Notes under the pieces: model-generated
Told to the model about the DNA's origin: nothing
The model's database searches: none
The model's input: only the letters and a program-made list of their open reading frames with translations
Shown: in pieces, positions 47,944-57,182 of the stretch
Numbering within the stretch: position 1 is the stretch's first letter
Layout: each line of letters starts with the position of its first letter
Position numbers and translations under genes: made by a program
Assembly (NCBI GenBank): GCA_002389285.1
Contig: DGOF01000020.1
Span: 1 to 57,182, forward strand
Origin: Patescibacteria group bacterium UBA4473
Lineage (GTDB): Bacteria; Patescibacteriota; Gracilibacteria; UBA4473
Direction: 5' to 3'
DNA: 57,182 nt

Positions 47944-48067
47944 ATAAGATTAAGCTCTCTTATTCTCGGTAAATAAAAAGTGCTGTCAAACTTTTGGTTT
48001 GAAAACTTTTCAAAACAGAGGGCTCTTATTTGGTATATTTCTATTTTTTGCTCTATACTTTGTGACG

Positions 48068-51000
48068 ATGAGAGCCCTCTACAATATCTATAAAACTCAC
48101 AAGAAAGCTGTTCTAGTGGCCCTCTTGGGGATTTTTGTGTTTACAGGAGGCGTTATCCATTTTGCAGGAGCGGATGATTTTGACAGCGATGGCCTTGAAG
48201 ATTCTGTTGACAACCACCCACGATCTATTATCGAAAACCCTATTATTACGTCGCCAGAACAAAATGCGACGGTGGAAGCGGAAGGCAATGGAAGTTTGAA
48301 TATTTCAGGGTTGGGAGAGGTTGGCACTCAGGTTCGAGTTTTTAGAGAGGTGGACTTGAGTGATACGCAGCTTTGTGTGGCCGATGTAGCCGGTAACGGG
48401 TTGTCTTTTTCAACGACGGATGTCGTTATAGATGGGACGACGCTTTTACACGGAGCGATTGTTGATGAGATTTATTACGATACGGAAAAGGATACGCTTG
48501 ATGATGAGGCATGGAGAACCAGTGATACGGCAGACTGGTATGTAGAATTAGTAGATAAGGACGATTACGAGGAAGCCGAGTGTCTTTATGAGGGGGCCTC
48601 GACTGATTGTGGAGAAAGCGCCTTTCCAGAAAGAGCGCTTGTTATCGCGACGGCGACGGGGATTAATATTTTTGATGCCGATGCGAGGACCTTTTGGAAA
48701 AAGATAGCGCTTACTAATATTGTAAGCCTTGCTGCTGGAGAGGGAGTAATTTATGCCGGAACCTCAGCCAGTGGGGTTTTGATTTATGATTTTTCTAGTG
48801 GATCGGCTTTTTCTGGAAGCTATGATGTGGCTTCGACACATCTCCCTGTGAACGTAGTTAATGATCTTGATTTTAAACAGATTGGAGGTAGTGATTACTT
48901 GGCAGTGGCAACGGCTTCGGGGGTTACTCTTGTTGATATTACTGCGGATTCTTCTTATGGAGAGACGGCCGTGCCGACGGTGACAGGGGTTACTTTTTCA
49001 GCGTCGAACAAGCTTTTATTTATAACCGCGACGAATGCGTACTTGAGTAAGGAAGCGTCGGACGTGATTGCTGGAGATAGCTGGCTTTATGACACTTTGT
49101 CTTTGAGTGCGGATGGAAGTGCACCGGCTCCATCGTGGGTAGACGGTCCGGTGATTGGACATGCTCAGGGGGCGACTGAGATTGCAGAAAACTTGGATCA
49201 TACAGATGGCGTAACGATGGAGCTTTCGTATCGATATATTACGAAAGACTATGCGACAGTGCCTTTAACGGGGACGAATGTCTTAGGGCATTGGGCCGAT
49301 GGGATTACGGATCGGAGCGGGGTGGGCAATGATCTAATCGCTCAAAACAGTGCGACAACGGGTGTTGTGGCAACCGGGGCCGAATTGACGGGATTGGTTC
49401 TTGATAGAGATAAAGTTCCGACGGGACATTTTTCATTAAGTGATGCTTCTTTTAATGTTCAGACTGATCAGTTGACGGTTGGGCTCTGGGTAAAACGTGG
49501 GACGCTTGGGGGAACGGCAGAAACCCAAAGTGTGCTTTCTCATGGGACCACTCGCGAAACACGGGATTATTGGATTTCAGCGGGAGATGAATTTTTTACT
49601 TATGGAGTAGAAGAGGATCCTTATTTCTTTGGAGTTCAGACAACGACAGACGGAGGAACAACAAAAATTCTAAAGGCGGTTTCCGTTCCTGAAAGCATTG
49701 GATCAGGGGAGAATGAGAGATCTTTAGAGCCGTCGGTTGATACTTGGGAGTTTATCGTAGGAACGTATGACGGGGCGAGTCTTAAGATGTATCACAATGG
49801 GGAGCTGGTAAATACCGTTTCAGGGGTTACGGGAAATCTTATTGATAGTGGAGAAGCGCTTCAGATCGGATTGGATGTACTGGCTGATGAACAGTATTTG
49901 GATGGATCGGTGGGATTACCTTTTATTGTCGAAGAAGCTTATTCGGCGGAGCAGATTGAACATATCTATAATGTGACGAACAAATGGTTCTTGGCGGGGG
50001 CGAAGAATACGATTCAAGGAACTTCAAGTGCGGTGACCGAAGTGGCCTGTGATCCGAATGAAACAAATTGTTACCTGGCAACCAGTGATGGAGTGACGCA
50101 GTTGACGATCTTTGATGGACTGACGGACGAATCTTCTACCGAGGACGGAGCTTCTGACTTAGCTCCTACAAACATGGCACCTTGGACGTGTAATGTTACG
50201 AGTGGATTGATTAATGGTTTGAATACGGTTCATGCCACGGCGTATGTTGGGGTGAATGTGTCCACGAAAGTTTCAGAGCCGGACACACTCTTTACACTTT
50301 CGGGATTTATCGATACTGGACGTGCAAACATTACCGGGAGCCTCACGGGAAAGGGCAGTGTGGCGCTTGAAGGCGTGTCGGTTGTTTTCACGGGAACGGA
50401 TGACGCTACTTATTCTGCCACAACGGCGGCGAATGGAACGTATACGGTTTCAGTTCCTATTAGTGACACTTATTCAGGAAGCTTTTCCTTGAGTGGTTAT
50501 CAGACAGTAACTGTTTCGCAGGCAGTGGCAACCGGTGACGTCGCTCTTTCCGTTGAGATGACGGCGGTTGTGGTTTCAGAAGAAGAGGAAGTGCCGGCGA
50601 CTTCGGGGAGCGGAAAAGCGAAGACCTTGCGCTGGGCGGGCATGAAAAGAGGTGAATTTAAGGATAGTGATTGGGTGCCGAGTATGACGTACGAAGAATC
50701 CATGGCACAGGTGATAGAGCTTAACAAAGGAATTGCGGCCGGGCCTATTTTTGATGACACGGGTCGCTTTATGGGCTATGGACACGGCGGACGTATTTCC
50801 ACGGATCGATTTAAGGATAATCGGAATAAGTATGCGCGCTTGCGACACTTTGACCGACAGTTGAACTCCTTTATGTCGCAAAAAAAGTCGGGAGCTGAGC
50901 GCGGACAAAATGTTCAAAACTGCATGAAGCCTTCGACGAAAGTCGGAAACTTTATCGATGTTAAGGCGGGAACGCCTGAATATGAGGATGTTATGCAGGT

Positions 51001-52219
51001 GTATTCTTTAGGAGTCCTTCATCCAGATGAGGATCGTCGATTTCATTTAGATCGTCCTTTGGGATGGAGCGAGTTTTTGTTGAGCACCCTGAAGGGAGAA
51101 TGTATTGGGGTTGAAGAGATTGAAGACTTACGGGCGACGCAGATGGGGAGGATCCCTGGGGTGTCATTGGGAAGAAATTATGAAAGTCGTATTTTTTATA
51201 CGGCGCTGAAGAATGGAATTATTAGTACGGACATTGATGTTACCGTGGCGCCGACAAGAGATCAGGCCCTGCGGATGCTGCTTATGATCTTCCCACTGGA
51301 CATTGATGATGAGTCGCGGAGAACCTCTTTTGAGGACATTGCCTCGAGAGAAATGATGGCCCCGGTTTTGGTGGCTACCAAGAGTGCCGGATGGTTCCGG
51401 ACTTCTCGATTCGTGCGGAATCGCTTTCGGCCCGAGATGTCTATTACCCGTGGGAATTGGGCGGCCTGGTTTTCTCAGGCCTACCAAAATCGCCAGAAAA
51501 CGATTTCCGAAACGGATGTCGATAGTTATTACCAGGATGTGTTGAATTATTTCCGACAGGAAGAAAAAGAGGAAAAAGACGACGACAAAGGCGCCTATGG
51601 TCCGCAGCGATTGAGTCGTGTTTCGGATGTCGATCGTTATATCATTACGCGTGCTTCGCGGCAGAAGCTTAAAGATGCTTCTATGGCACGTATTCAGACG
51701 CAGGTGGCAGATCCGGGTCGCATGAGGCATGACAAAACAAGTACAAGGGCTGCGATTAAGTACGATGTCGATAAGGGTAAAAATGTTCGGAGGAAGGATA
51801 GAACGAATGTGATTCGGGATCTTAAAAAATATGATGTTCAAAAGGTGCGGGCACGTAAGCCAGTGGTGCTCAAGACGAGGGATTTTGAGCCGACGAGTGT
51901 GGACCTTTCCGCCCAGGCGTATGAACCGACCCGAGAGACAAAGGTGGATCCTACCTTTGGTCCGGACCGAAGAGTGCTTGAAGCCGGGAAAGCGCTCCAG
52001 GCCAGTCAGGTGAAGCGACGGAAGTCGTTTGATGCGGTCGAAAGAAAAGACTCAGGAAAAGCATCGGGGCAGAAAAATTTTGGAACGAAAAAAGAAGTGA
52101 CGGCTCCACGACGGAAAGGCTATAAGGCCGCGCCGGTAAGACCAACAACGAAACAACAAACCAAGTCTTCGGTAAAGAAGGTGATCCCTGAGGCAGCGCG
52201 AAGAAAGCGGTTCAAATAA
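48068..52219 (+). CDS. Large secreted surface protein: Ig-like, propeller-like, LamG, carboxypeptidase-regulatory-like and SLH-like domains with a basic tail
   Basis: N-terminal TM; DFDSDGLED; WEFIVGTYDG..LKMYHNG (LamG); TTAANGTY; FIDV...F..D.P and FRPEMSITRG (SLH-like). Confidence 0.75.
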   Translation: MRALYNIYKTHKKAVLVALLGIFVFTGGVIHFAGADDFDSDGLEDSVDNHPRSIIENPIITSPEQNATVEAEGNGSLNISGLGEVGTQVRVFREVDLSDTQLCVADVAGNGLSFSTTDVVIDGTTLLHGAIVDEIYYDTEKDTLDDEAWRTSDTADWYVELVDKDDYEEAECLYEGASTDCGESAFPERALVIATATGINIFDADARTFWKKIALTNIVSLAAGEGVIYAGTSASGVLIYDFSSGSAFSGSYDVASTHLPVNVVNDLDFKQIGGSDYLAVATASGVTLVDITADSSYGETAVPTVTGVTFSASNKLLFITATNAYLSKEASDVIAGDSWLYDTLSLSADGSAPAPSWVDGPVIGHAQGATEIAENLDHTDGVTMELSYRYITKDYATVPLTGTNVLGHWADGITDRSGVGNDLIAQNSATTGVVATGAELTGLVLDRDKVPTGHFSLSDASFNVQTDQLTVGLWVKRGTLGGTAETQSVLSHGTTRETRDYWISAGDEFFTYGVEEDPYFFGVQTTTDGGTTKILKAVSVPESIGSGENERSLEPSVDTWEFIVGTYDGASLKMYHNGELVNTVSGVTGNLIDSGEALQIGLDVLADEQYLDGSVGLPFIVEEAYSAEQIEHIYNVTNKWFLAGAKNTIQGTSSAVTEVACDPNETNCYLATSDGVTQLTIFDGLTDESSTEDGASDLAPTNMAPWTCNVTSGLINGLNTVHATAYVGVNVSTKVSEPDTLFTLSGFIDTGRANITGSLTGKGSVALEGVSVVFTGTDDATYSATTAANGTYTVSVPISDTYSGSFSLSGYQTVTVSQAVATGDVALSVEMTAVVVSEEEEVPATSGSGKAKTLRWAGMKRGEFKDSDWVPSMTYEESMAQVIELNKGIAAGPIFDDTGRFMGYGHGGRISTDRFKDNRNKYARLRHFDRQLNSFMSQKKSGAERGQNVQNCMKPSTKVGNFIDVKAGTPEYEDVMQVYSLGVLHPDEDRRFHLDRPLGWSEFLLSTLKGECIGVEEIEDLRATQMGRIPGVSLGRNYESRIFYTALKNGIISTDIDVTVAPTRDQALRMLLMIFPLDIDDESRRTSFEDIASREMMAPVLVATKSAGWFRTSRFVRNRFRPEMSITRGNWAAWFSQAYQNRQKTISETDVDSYYQDVLNYFRQEEKEEKDDDKGAYGPQRLSRVSDVDRYIITRASRQKLKDASMARIQTQVADPGRMRHDKTSTRAAIKYDVDKGKNVRRKDRTNVIRDLKKYDVQKVRARKPVVLKTRDFEPTSVDLSAQAYEPTRETKVDPTFGPDRRVLEAGKALQASQVKRRKSFDAVERKDSGKASGQKNFGTKKEVTAPRRKGYKAAPVRPTTKQQTKSSVKKVIPEAARRKRFK

Positions 52220-52228
52220 AAGAGTCGT

Positions 52229-53647
52229 CTAAAGAGCTCTTTTGAGTCGTTCAATGGCTTTGTTTTTTCCAATAGCCTGTGCGATATCAAAAGGGGGGGC
52301 TGATCGCTCTCTTCCTGACAGAGCCACTCGGAAAGGCCATAAAAAGAACCCGTTCTTTACGTCTAAGTCTTCAATTTTTTGGATACTTGCTTCTTTTATG
52401 TTTTCAGCGGTAAATTTATCTTCTGGAATATTTTCGAGCATATTAATAGCTTCGGCGATCATGGCTTTGGCTTTTTCTAAATCCAGATCGAATTTTTCTT
52501 TGGTGAGTTTTTCAGAATCTAAAACAGGGGCTTCTAAAAAATAAGACAGTTCGTCTTTCAGTTCATGAAGATCTTTCGCTTTTTCTCGAGCGACTTCAAG
52601 GGCGGCCTGATGTTCGGTGATATTCAAGTCGGTGTTGAAAAACTCATTGTATGTGTGGATAAGTTCTTCGAGGGGAAGTCGCGTGATCCAGAGGCCATTG
52701 AACCAGCGCATTTTTTCAAAATCATATTTGGCGGCGGCGTTGTTTACTTTTTCGAGGGAGAATTGATCGATGAGGGAGGGCATGTCAAAAAATTCATCCG
52801 TGGTTTTGGGGTTCCAGCCCAAGAAAGCGAGTCCGTTGACGACGGCATGAGGAAGAAATCCTGCTTTTTGAAAGTCAGAAATTAGAACACAGGTCCCTTC
52901 TTGGACATTGCGTTTAGAAAGTTTTTTTCCGCCGAGGTCCATGATGAGGGGGATGTGTGCGTATTCAGGCGCTTGGGCGCCTAACGCTTCCCACAGAAGG
53001 AGTTGTTTGGGAGTATTGGAAATATGGTCATCGCCGCGGATAATGTGGGTGATGCCGTCGACCTGGTCATCGATAGCATTGGCCAGTAAATACAGTACAG
53101 ATCCGTCTCCACGCGCCACCACAAAGTCCCCCAGCGTGGCGCTGTTGACGCGCGTTTCGCCATGAATCAAATCTTGGAAAACAAGATCTTGATCTTTGGG
53201 AGCGCGTAATCGCCAGACGTATCGGTCTCCGGTCTCTATTTTGGACTGAAGTTCTTCGTGTGACGTATCTCGAAAGGGCGACCAGAAGACGAAGTTTCGT
53301 TTTTCTTTTTGGGCTGCGGTTCGTTGTTCGGCTATTTCTTCTGGTGTGATGAAGCAGGGGAAAATCTTGTCCTCTTCCCAGAGCTTCGCAAGGGCGTCTT
53401 TGTGAGCGTTGGTATGGTCGGTTTGACGTGATATGGTCGCGTCATTTTCAAAGTCCATACCGAGCCATTTGAGGCCTTCTATGATTTCGGTTTCGTATTG
53501 GGTTTCGGATCGTTCTTTGTCGGTGTCTTCCCAGCGGAAGATCATTTTTGCATTATTTTTTTTTGCAAAAAGATAGTTAAAAAGAGCGGTGCGAGCAGTT
53601 CCAAGGTGAAGATGCCCTGTTGGAGACGGTGGTATTCTGACAATCAT
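52229..53647 (-). CDS. gltX: Glutamate--tRNA ligase
   Basis: PSPTGHLHLG, RWEDTD, IRGDDH, KLSKR. Confidence 0.97.
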   Translation of the reverse strand: MIVRIPPSPTGHLHLGTARTALFNYLFAKKNNAKMIFRWEDTDKERSETQYETEIIEGLKWLGMDFENDATISRQTDHTNAHKDALAKLWEEDKIFPCFITPEEIAEQRTAAQKEKRNFVFWSPFRDTSHEELQSKIETGDRYVWRLRAPKDQDLVFQDLIHGETRVNSATLGDFVVARGDGSVLYLLANAIDDQVDGITHIIRGDDHISNTPKQLLLWEALGAQAPEYAHIPLIMDLGGKKLSKRNVQEGTCVLISDFQKAGFLPHAVVNGLAFLGWNPKTTDEFFDMPSLIDQFSLEKVNNAAAKYDFEKMRWFNGLWITRLPLEELIHTYNEFFNTDLNITEHQAALEVAREKAKDLHELKDELSYFLEAPVLDSEKLTKEKFDLDLEKAKAMIAEAINMLENIPEDKFTAENIKEASIQKIEDLDVKNGFFLWPFRVALSGRERSAPPFDIAQAIGKNKAIERLKRAL

Positions 53648-53675
53648 GCGGGTCCTAAGATACTTATCTTTGTGA

Positions 53676-54608
53676 CTATTGTCGAGTGTTGCCGAAGACG
53701 CGGGAGGATGCTGTGGTTTGGAGGGTGATTGTCGGCGGGACGGAAAAGCTGAAGTCTGCGTGGTCACGGAGTTCGGCCGTCAGAGAAATAAACACATGCG
53801 GATGGACCTGCGCGTCTTCGATTCCAAAGGCCAGAAAGGGATCTCGGGTGGGCGCCGGCTCAAAGGTGAGGTTGGTAATCTTTAGTCGTGGTGGGGATAT
53901 GGCCTGGTCGTCATGGACGCTTTCACAGATATTTTCATCTGGATCGCCTTGGACGAAATAACTTCCTATTTTACAGGCCCCTTGTGTCCAGTCTGTGTCG
54001 TGACTCCATTCGGATTCTTCGAGGGTGTCATTGTTGTTGGCATCGGCGCCGAGCTGTTGTTGGAGGGTGATGCTTTCACTATCGAGCGTTATTTTGCTGC
54101 GAGCATTCCGGTCGCCGTTGATGAGATACAGCGTGTCGAGTGTTCCGTGGAAAGCGATCGAGCAGGGATCGGGAGTGCTTCCATCCGCTTTCAATCCGCC
54201 CATGTTGCGGGTAATGTCAGCGGCTCCTCCAGAGAAAATCCAGTAGAAAATTTCGGAATAGCCGAGACTTTTTCGATGCCCCCTATTGGTAGCCGCATCT
54301 GCGTTGTTATTGGAAAGGTTGCCTATACCTGATTGGGTTTGTTCTGCCACAAAGTGTGTACAGGCTGTTGTATCCGGACCGACCTCGAGGAAAGCGCGAT
54401 CGTAATCAATCGTATTGTTGCGGACCGTCTGGACGATGCGGTCCATGAGGAATCGTGTTTCGGTGTGAAAATTTTGTTGGACGAGGATGCGTTTTTGGGC
54501 GGTGTAGCTTTGGCCCACTGTGCGAAAGGCCACTGTCAGAAAGACGCTCGCAATCGCGAGGGCGACGATGAGTTCGAGGAGCGTGAAGGCGGCTTTTTTG
54601 GGTTTCAT
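53676..54608 (-). CDS. Prepilin-type N-terminal cleavage/methylation protein (PilW/GspJ-like)
   Basis: KKAA/FTLLELIV followed by a hydrophobic helix. Confidence 0.85.
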   Translation of the reverse strand: MKPKKAAFTLLELIVALAIASVFLTVAFRTVGQSYTAQKRILVQQNFHTETRFLMDRIVQTVRNNTIDYDRAFLEVGPDTTACTHFVAEQTQSGIGNLSNNNADAATNRGHRKSLGYSEIFYWIFSGGAADITRNMGGLKADGSTPDPCSIAFHGTLDTLYLINGDRNARSKITLDSESITLQQQLGADANNNDTLEESEWSHDTDWTQGACKIGSYFVQGDPDENICESVHDDQAISPPRLKITNLTFEPAPTRDPFLAFGIEDAQVHPHVFISLTAELRDHADFSFSVPPTITLQTTASSRVFGNTRQ

Positions 54609-55172
54609 TTAGTAGCTATTACGGCCGTAAAAATCATAGAGATAGGTTTCGAGGACAACCTCGCGGGTGGCATCGTTTTCTTTCCACTGAACGCGGGATA
54701 TGACATTGAGGCGGTTTTCGGTACAGGGGTTAAGGGCGGTGTTACATACATCATCGGATTCGGGCTTGAGCTTTAGCTGACGATAAAAGTCAGAGGTTCC
54801 GATTTTGTAATCAGCATGAAGCGGTTCACTATTGCCTACTGTGAGCGTATAGTATGGGGGTGTATAGCTAAGTTTATACGTATTTTCCAAAATTTTGCTT
54901 GAGCAATCGGTCCCCAAACACAGCCATTTGTTGCGGCGGTCGCCGGAGTAGCGGAGCCAGTTGGTGTCGCGGATGTTGCGGACGCCTTCGATGCCTTCGC
55001 GGGCGACGTTGAGGGCGATGGTGCGGAGTTCGGAGTTTTCGTTGACCTTGATCGCTCGGGCCAAAAGCTGAAAAATAGAGACGAGGATAATCGACAAAAT
55101 CGTGATCGCGATCACGGTTTCGGCCAGGCTTTCACCCGGAGACTTGCGAGGAAGGCGAAAGAAATTTCTCAT
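54609..55172 (-). CDS. Minor pilin-like protein (PilV-like)
   Basis: PG/ESLAETVI; A.N.AREGIEGVRNIRD. Confidence 0.8.
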   Translation of the reverse strand: MRNFFRLPRKSPGESLAETVIAITILSIILVSIFQLLARAIKVNENSELRTIALNVAREGIEGVRNIRDTNWLRYSGDRRNKWLCLGTDCSSKILENTYKLSYTPPYYTLTVGNSEPLHADYKIGTSDFYRQLKLKPESDDVCNTALNPCTENRLNVISRVQWKENDATREVVLETYLYDFYGRNSY

Positions 55173-55735
55173 GGGCAGTCGTCAAATTTGGGAAAGCCGG
55201 CAAAGCGGTTCATGCAAATGGCGTGCGTTTTTTGGGATTTGGGGTGGAGGAGGTTGATGATGACGGTGTCTTTGCTGATGGCATTATCAAAAATTCGCAT
55301 TTGGCCACTTTCAGAAAGAAAAAAGATGCGGGTTGTGGCGTTTGAAAAATTAGTCGGAGTTGCGTCGGTGATGGAGGCCAGATGGATGGCATTGTCTTTG
55401 ATGCTGGCGTCGGGAAAGGTTTGTTCGGACTGAATGTCGGAGTGTACCGTGTTTTGACACTCAAGAGTATAGCTCGGTTTGGCATTGAGCGTGTGGGAGA
55501 TCGAAATACCCCACCAGGCACTGGCATCTCCACTTTTGCATTCGCGTGAGGCCATGGCATTGGCACGGGCATCGGCGAGGGTGTCGAAGAGGGTTTGGGC
55601 TTCGGCGTGAAAGACGTACTGGTCGCGGGTTTGGAAAAAATTCGGCGCGATCATGCTGGCCACAATCGCAATAATCGCCGACACGAGTACGAGTTCGATG
55701 AGAGAGAAAGCTGCCGGATGGGGCTGGATGCGCAT
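55169..55735 (-). CDS. Pilin-like protein (FimT/GspH-like)
   Basis: AA/FSLIELVL; ARANAM; ATG at 55735. Confidence 0.8.
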   Translation of the reverse strand: MRIQPHPAAFSLIELVLVSAIIAIVASMIAPNFFQTRDQYVFHAEAQTLFDTLADARANAMASRECKSGDASAWWGISISHTLNAKPSYTLECQNTVHSDIQSEQTFPDASIKDNAIHLASITDATPTNFSNATTRIFFLSESGQMRIFDNAISKDTVIINLLHPKSQKTHAICMNRFAGFPKFDDCP

Positions 55736-55743
55736 CGGAAGGA

Positions 55744-56541
55744 TTATACCGTCACAAGCTGAACCGGGCAATGATCCGATCCCATTTGGGCATTTAAATA
55801 TTTTATTTCTTGGACCTGGGGAAGAAGGGCTTGATCCACAAAGAAATAATCGATCCGCCAGCCAACGTTGCGGAGGCGGGCCCGAGAGATGACATGCCAC
55901 CAGGAATAGATGATTTCTTCGGGATTCAGATGGCGAAAAATATCCAGCCAGTTGTGTTCGATGACTTTGGTGACCCAGGCGCGTTCTTCGGGAAGAAACC
56001 CAATGGATTTCAGATTGTCTTTAGGACGGGCCAGATCGATTTCTTCATGGGCGCAGTTGACGTCGCCGCCCCAGATGACGTGGCGGCCTTCATCGCGCAA
56101 TTGATTCATGTATTGCAAAAATTTTTCATAGAAGACCAGTTTGTCGTCCCAGGCTTCGGGGGACTTGCCGCCATTGGGAAAATACACGCCGAAAATACTC
56201 CAGTCGCCTAGATCTACGCGTGCAATGCGGCCTTCCGTGTCTTGAAATTCTGGCATGCCAGATGAGAATTGAGGGGCTGAGTTTGTGGGTTGATGAGTTG
56301 ATGAGCCGTATGATTTCTTGACCCAAATGCCCGTGCCCGCGTAGCCAGGTTTTTCTGCGGGGTGATAAAATTGATGATACGCTTCATGTTCAGTGAGAAA
56401 CTTTGAAAGCTGCTCCGGTTTGGCTTTGATTTCCTGGATCAAGAGCACGTCAGGATTATAATCCTCGAGTAGCTTTTGCAGTTCGCCTTTGCGCTCGACT
56501 GCGCGGATGCCGTTGACGTTCCAGGAGATAATATTCATCAA
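55744..56541 (-). CDS. xth: Exodeoxyribonuclease III
   Basis: SWNVNGIRA, QEIK, YFPNG, GDVN, GWRIDY, SDHCP. Confidence 0.96.
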   Translation of the reverse strand: MMNIISWNVNGIRAVERKGELQKLLEDYNPDVLLIQEIKAKPEQLSKFLTEHEAYHQFYHPAEKPGYAGTGIWVKKSYGSSTHQPTNSAPQFSSGMPEFQDTEGRIARVDLGDWSIFGVYFPNGGKSPEAWDDKLVFYEKFLQYMNQLRDEGRHVIWGGDVNCAHEEIDLARPKDNLKSIGFLPEERAWVTKVIEHNWLDIFRHLNPEEIIYSWWHVISRARLRNVGWRIDYFFVDQALLPQVQEIKYLNAQMGSDHCPVQLVTV

Positions 56542-57182
56542 AAATTTCGTTGTCGTAATTCTGCCACATAATGGCTTAAAACTTCACAAAAGTCAGTGAT
56601 ATTTTCATCGGTGAGAAATTGATGCAGCGAGATGCGGATCGGATACTGCCAGTTGGCATTGGGTTCGAGGTATTGGATGACGTGCGTGGGTGTCATGATG
56701 TCAGAGGTACAGGCGGATCCGGTAGAAATACAGATGCTTTCTTCTTCGGACAAAAGTGTCATGAGTTCGGAGCCTCGCACGCCTTTGAAGGCAATGTTTA
56801 GAATGCCGGGGACGCGGGATTTATTTTTTTGATGAATTTTGAAATCAGGAATATTTTCTGAAATAAAATGTTCTATTTGATCGGTCCAAGCTTTTAATTT
56901 TTTGGGCTGTTTTTCATCTAATAATTCAAAGGCCTTGGCCATGCCGGCGATGAGAAAGGCATTTTTGGTATGGCTGTCCTTGGAAATACTTGAAAAATGT
57001 TCCGGGTGTTTTAAATAGAGAAGTCCTACATGTTTGGGGCCATAAAACTTTTGTGGGACAAACGTCGCACTGTCGACGTGCTCAAGCTGAAGATCTACGC
57101 CTTTTCCGATGACCTGTGCGAGGTCGCTGTGGATAAAGGCATTTGGATAGGCTGTGCGCAATTTGGATAGATCATAGAGGCT
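56538..57182 (-). CDS. Cysteine desulfurase family (class V aminotransferase), 5'-partial
   Basis: HSDLAQ, QKFYGPK, STGSACTS; frame is open to the window edge. Confidence 0.85.
   Translation of the reverse strand, partial: SLYDLSKLRTAYPNAFIHSDLAQVIGKGVDLQLEHVDSATFVPQKFYGPKHVGLLYLKHPEHFSSISKDSHTKNAFLIAGMAKAFELLDEKQPKKLKAWTDQIEHFISENIPDFKIHQKNKSRVPGILNIAFKGVRGSELMTLLSEEESICISTGSACTSDIMTPTHVIQYLEPNANWQYPIRISLHQFLTDENITDFCEVLSHYVAELRQRNF

Noticed and set aside
1-57182. Alternative genetic code (TGA=Gly, code 25)
   Set aside because: Long conserved genes are intact under the standard code, and several (zwf, def, trpB) end at TGA at the expected length.
1-57182. CRISPR array, rRNA or prophage
   Set aside because: No regularly spaced repeats, rRNA-like sequence, or phage structural/integrase genes were seen.

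Overview
Bacterial chromosomal segment, most likely from a Patescibacteria/CPR genome (Peregrinibacteria/Gracilibacteria-like). This is inferred from mostly Shine-Dalgarno-less starts, PKD/SLH surface proteins, pilin-like genes and fragmented core operons; the standard genetic code applies and TGA is used as a stop. It carries housekeeping genes (rplJ-rplL, gnd-zwf-pgl, def, ftsH, gmk, cysS, uvrC, glyA, trmB, rny, ftsE, rpoC-rpsL-rpsG, gltX, xth), a tRNA(CAT), a RAYT/REP module, scattered REP-like palindromes and several orphan ORFs. Top candidate for an undescribed system is a thymidylate cluster at 35.0-40.3 kb. Its ThyA homologue has Asp at the Asn177 dUMP/dCMP specificity position, its 'dCTP deaminase' lacks the catalytic Glu, and DHFR and a variant dCMP deaminase lie alongside. 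Together these suggest a uracil-bypassing route dCTP -> dCMP -> 5-methyl-dCMP -> dTMP. Other highlights are a gamma-proteobacterial-type trpB-TauE-trpA operon with a tandem TrpR-like operator, a RAYT flanked by a 52-bp duplication of a host gene end, and a possible replication origin upstream of a stand-alone rpoC. All family assignments come from motifs recognised by eye; no database searches were run.
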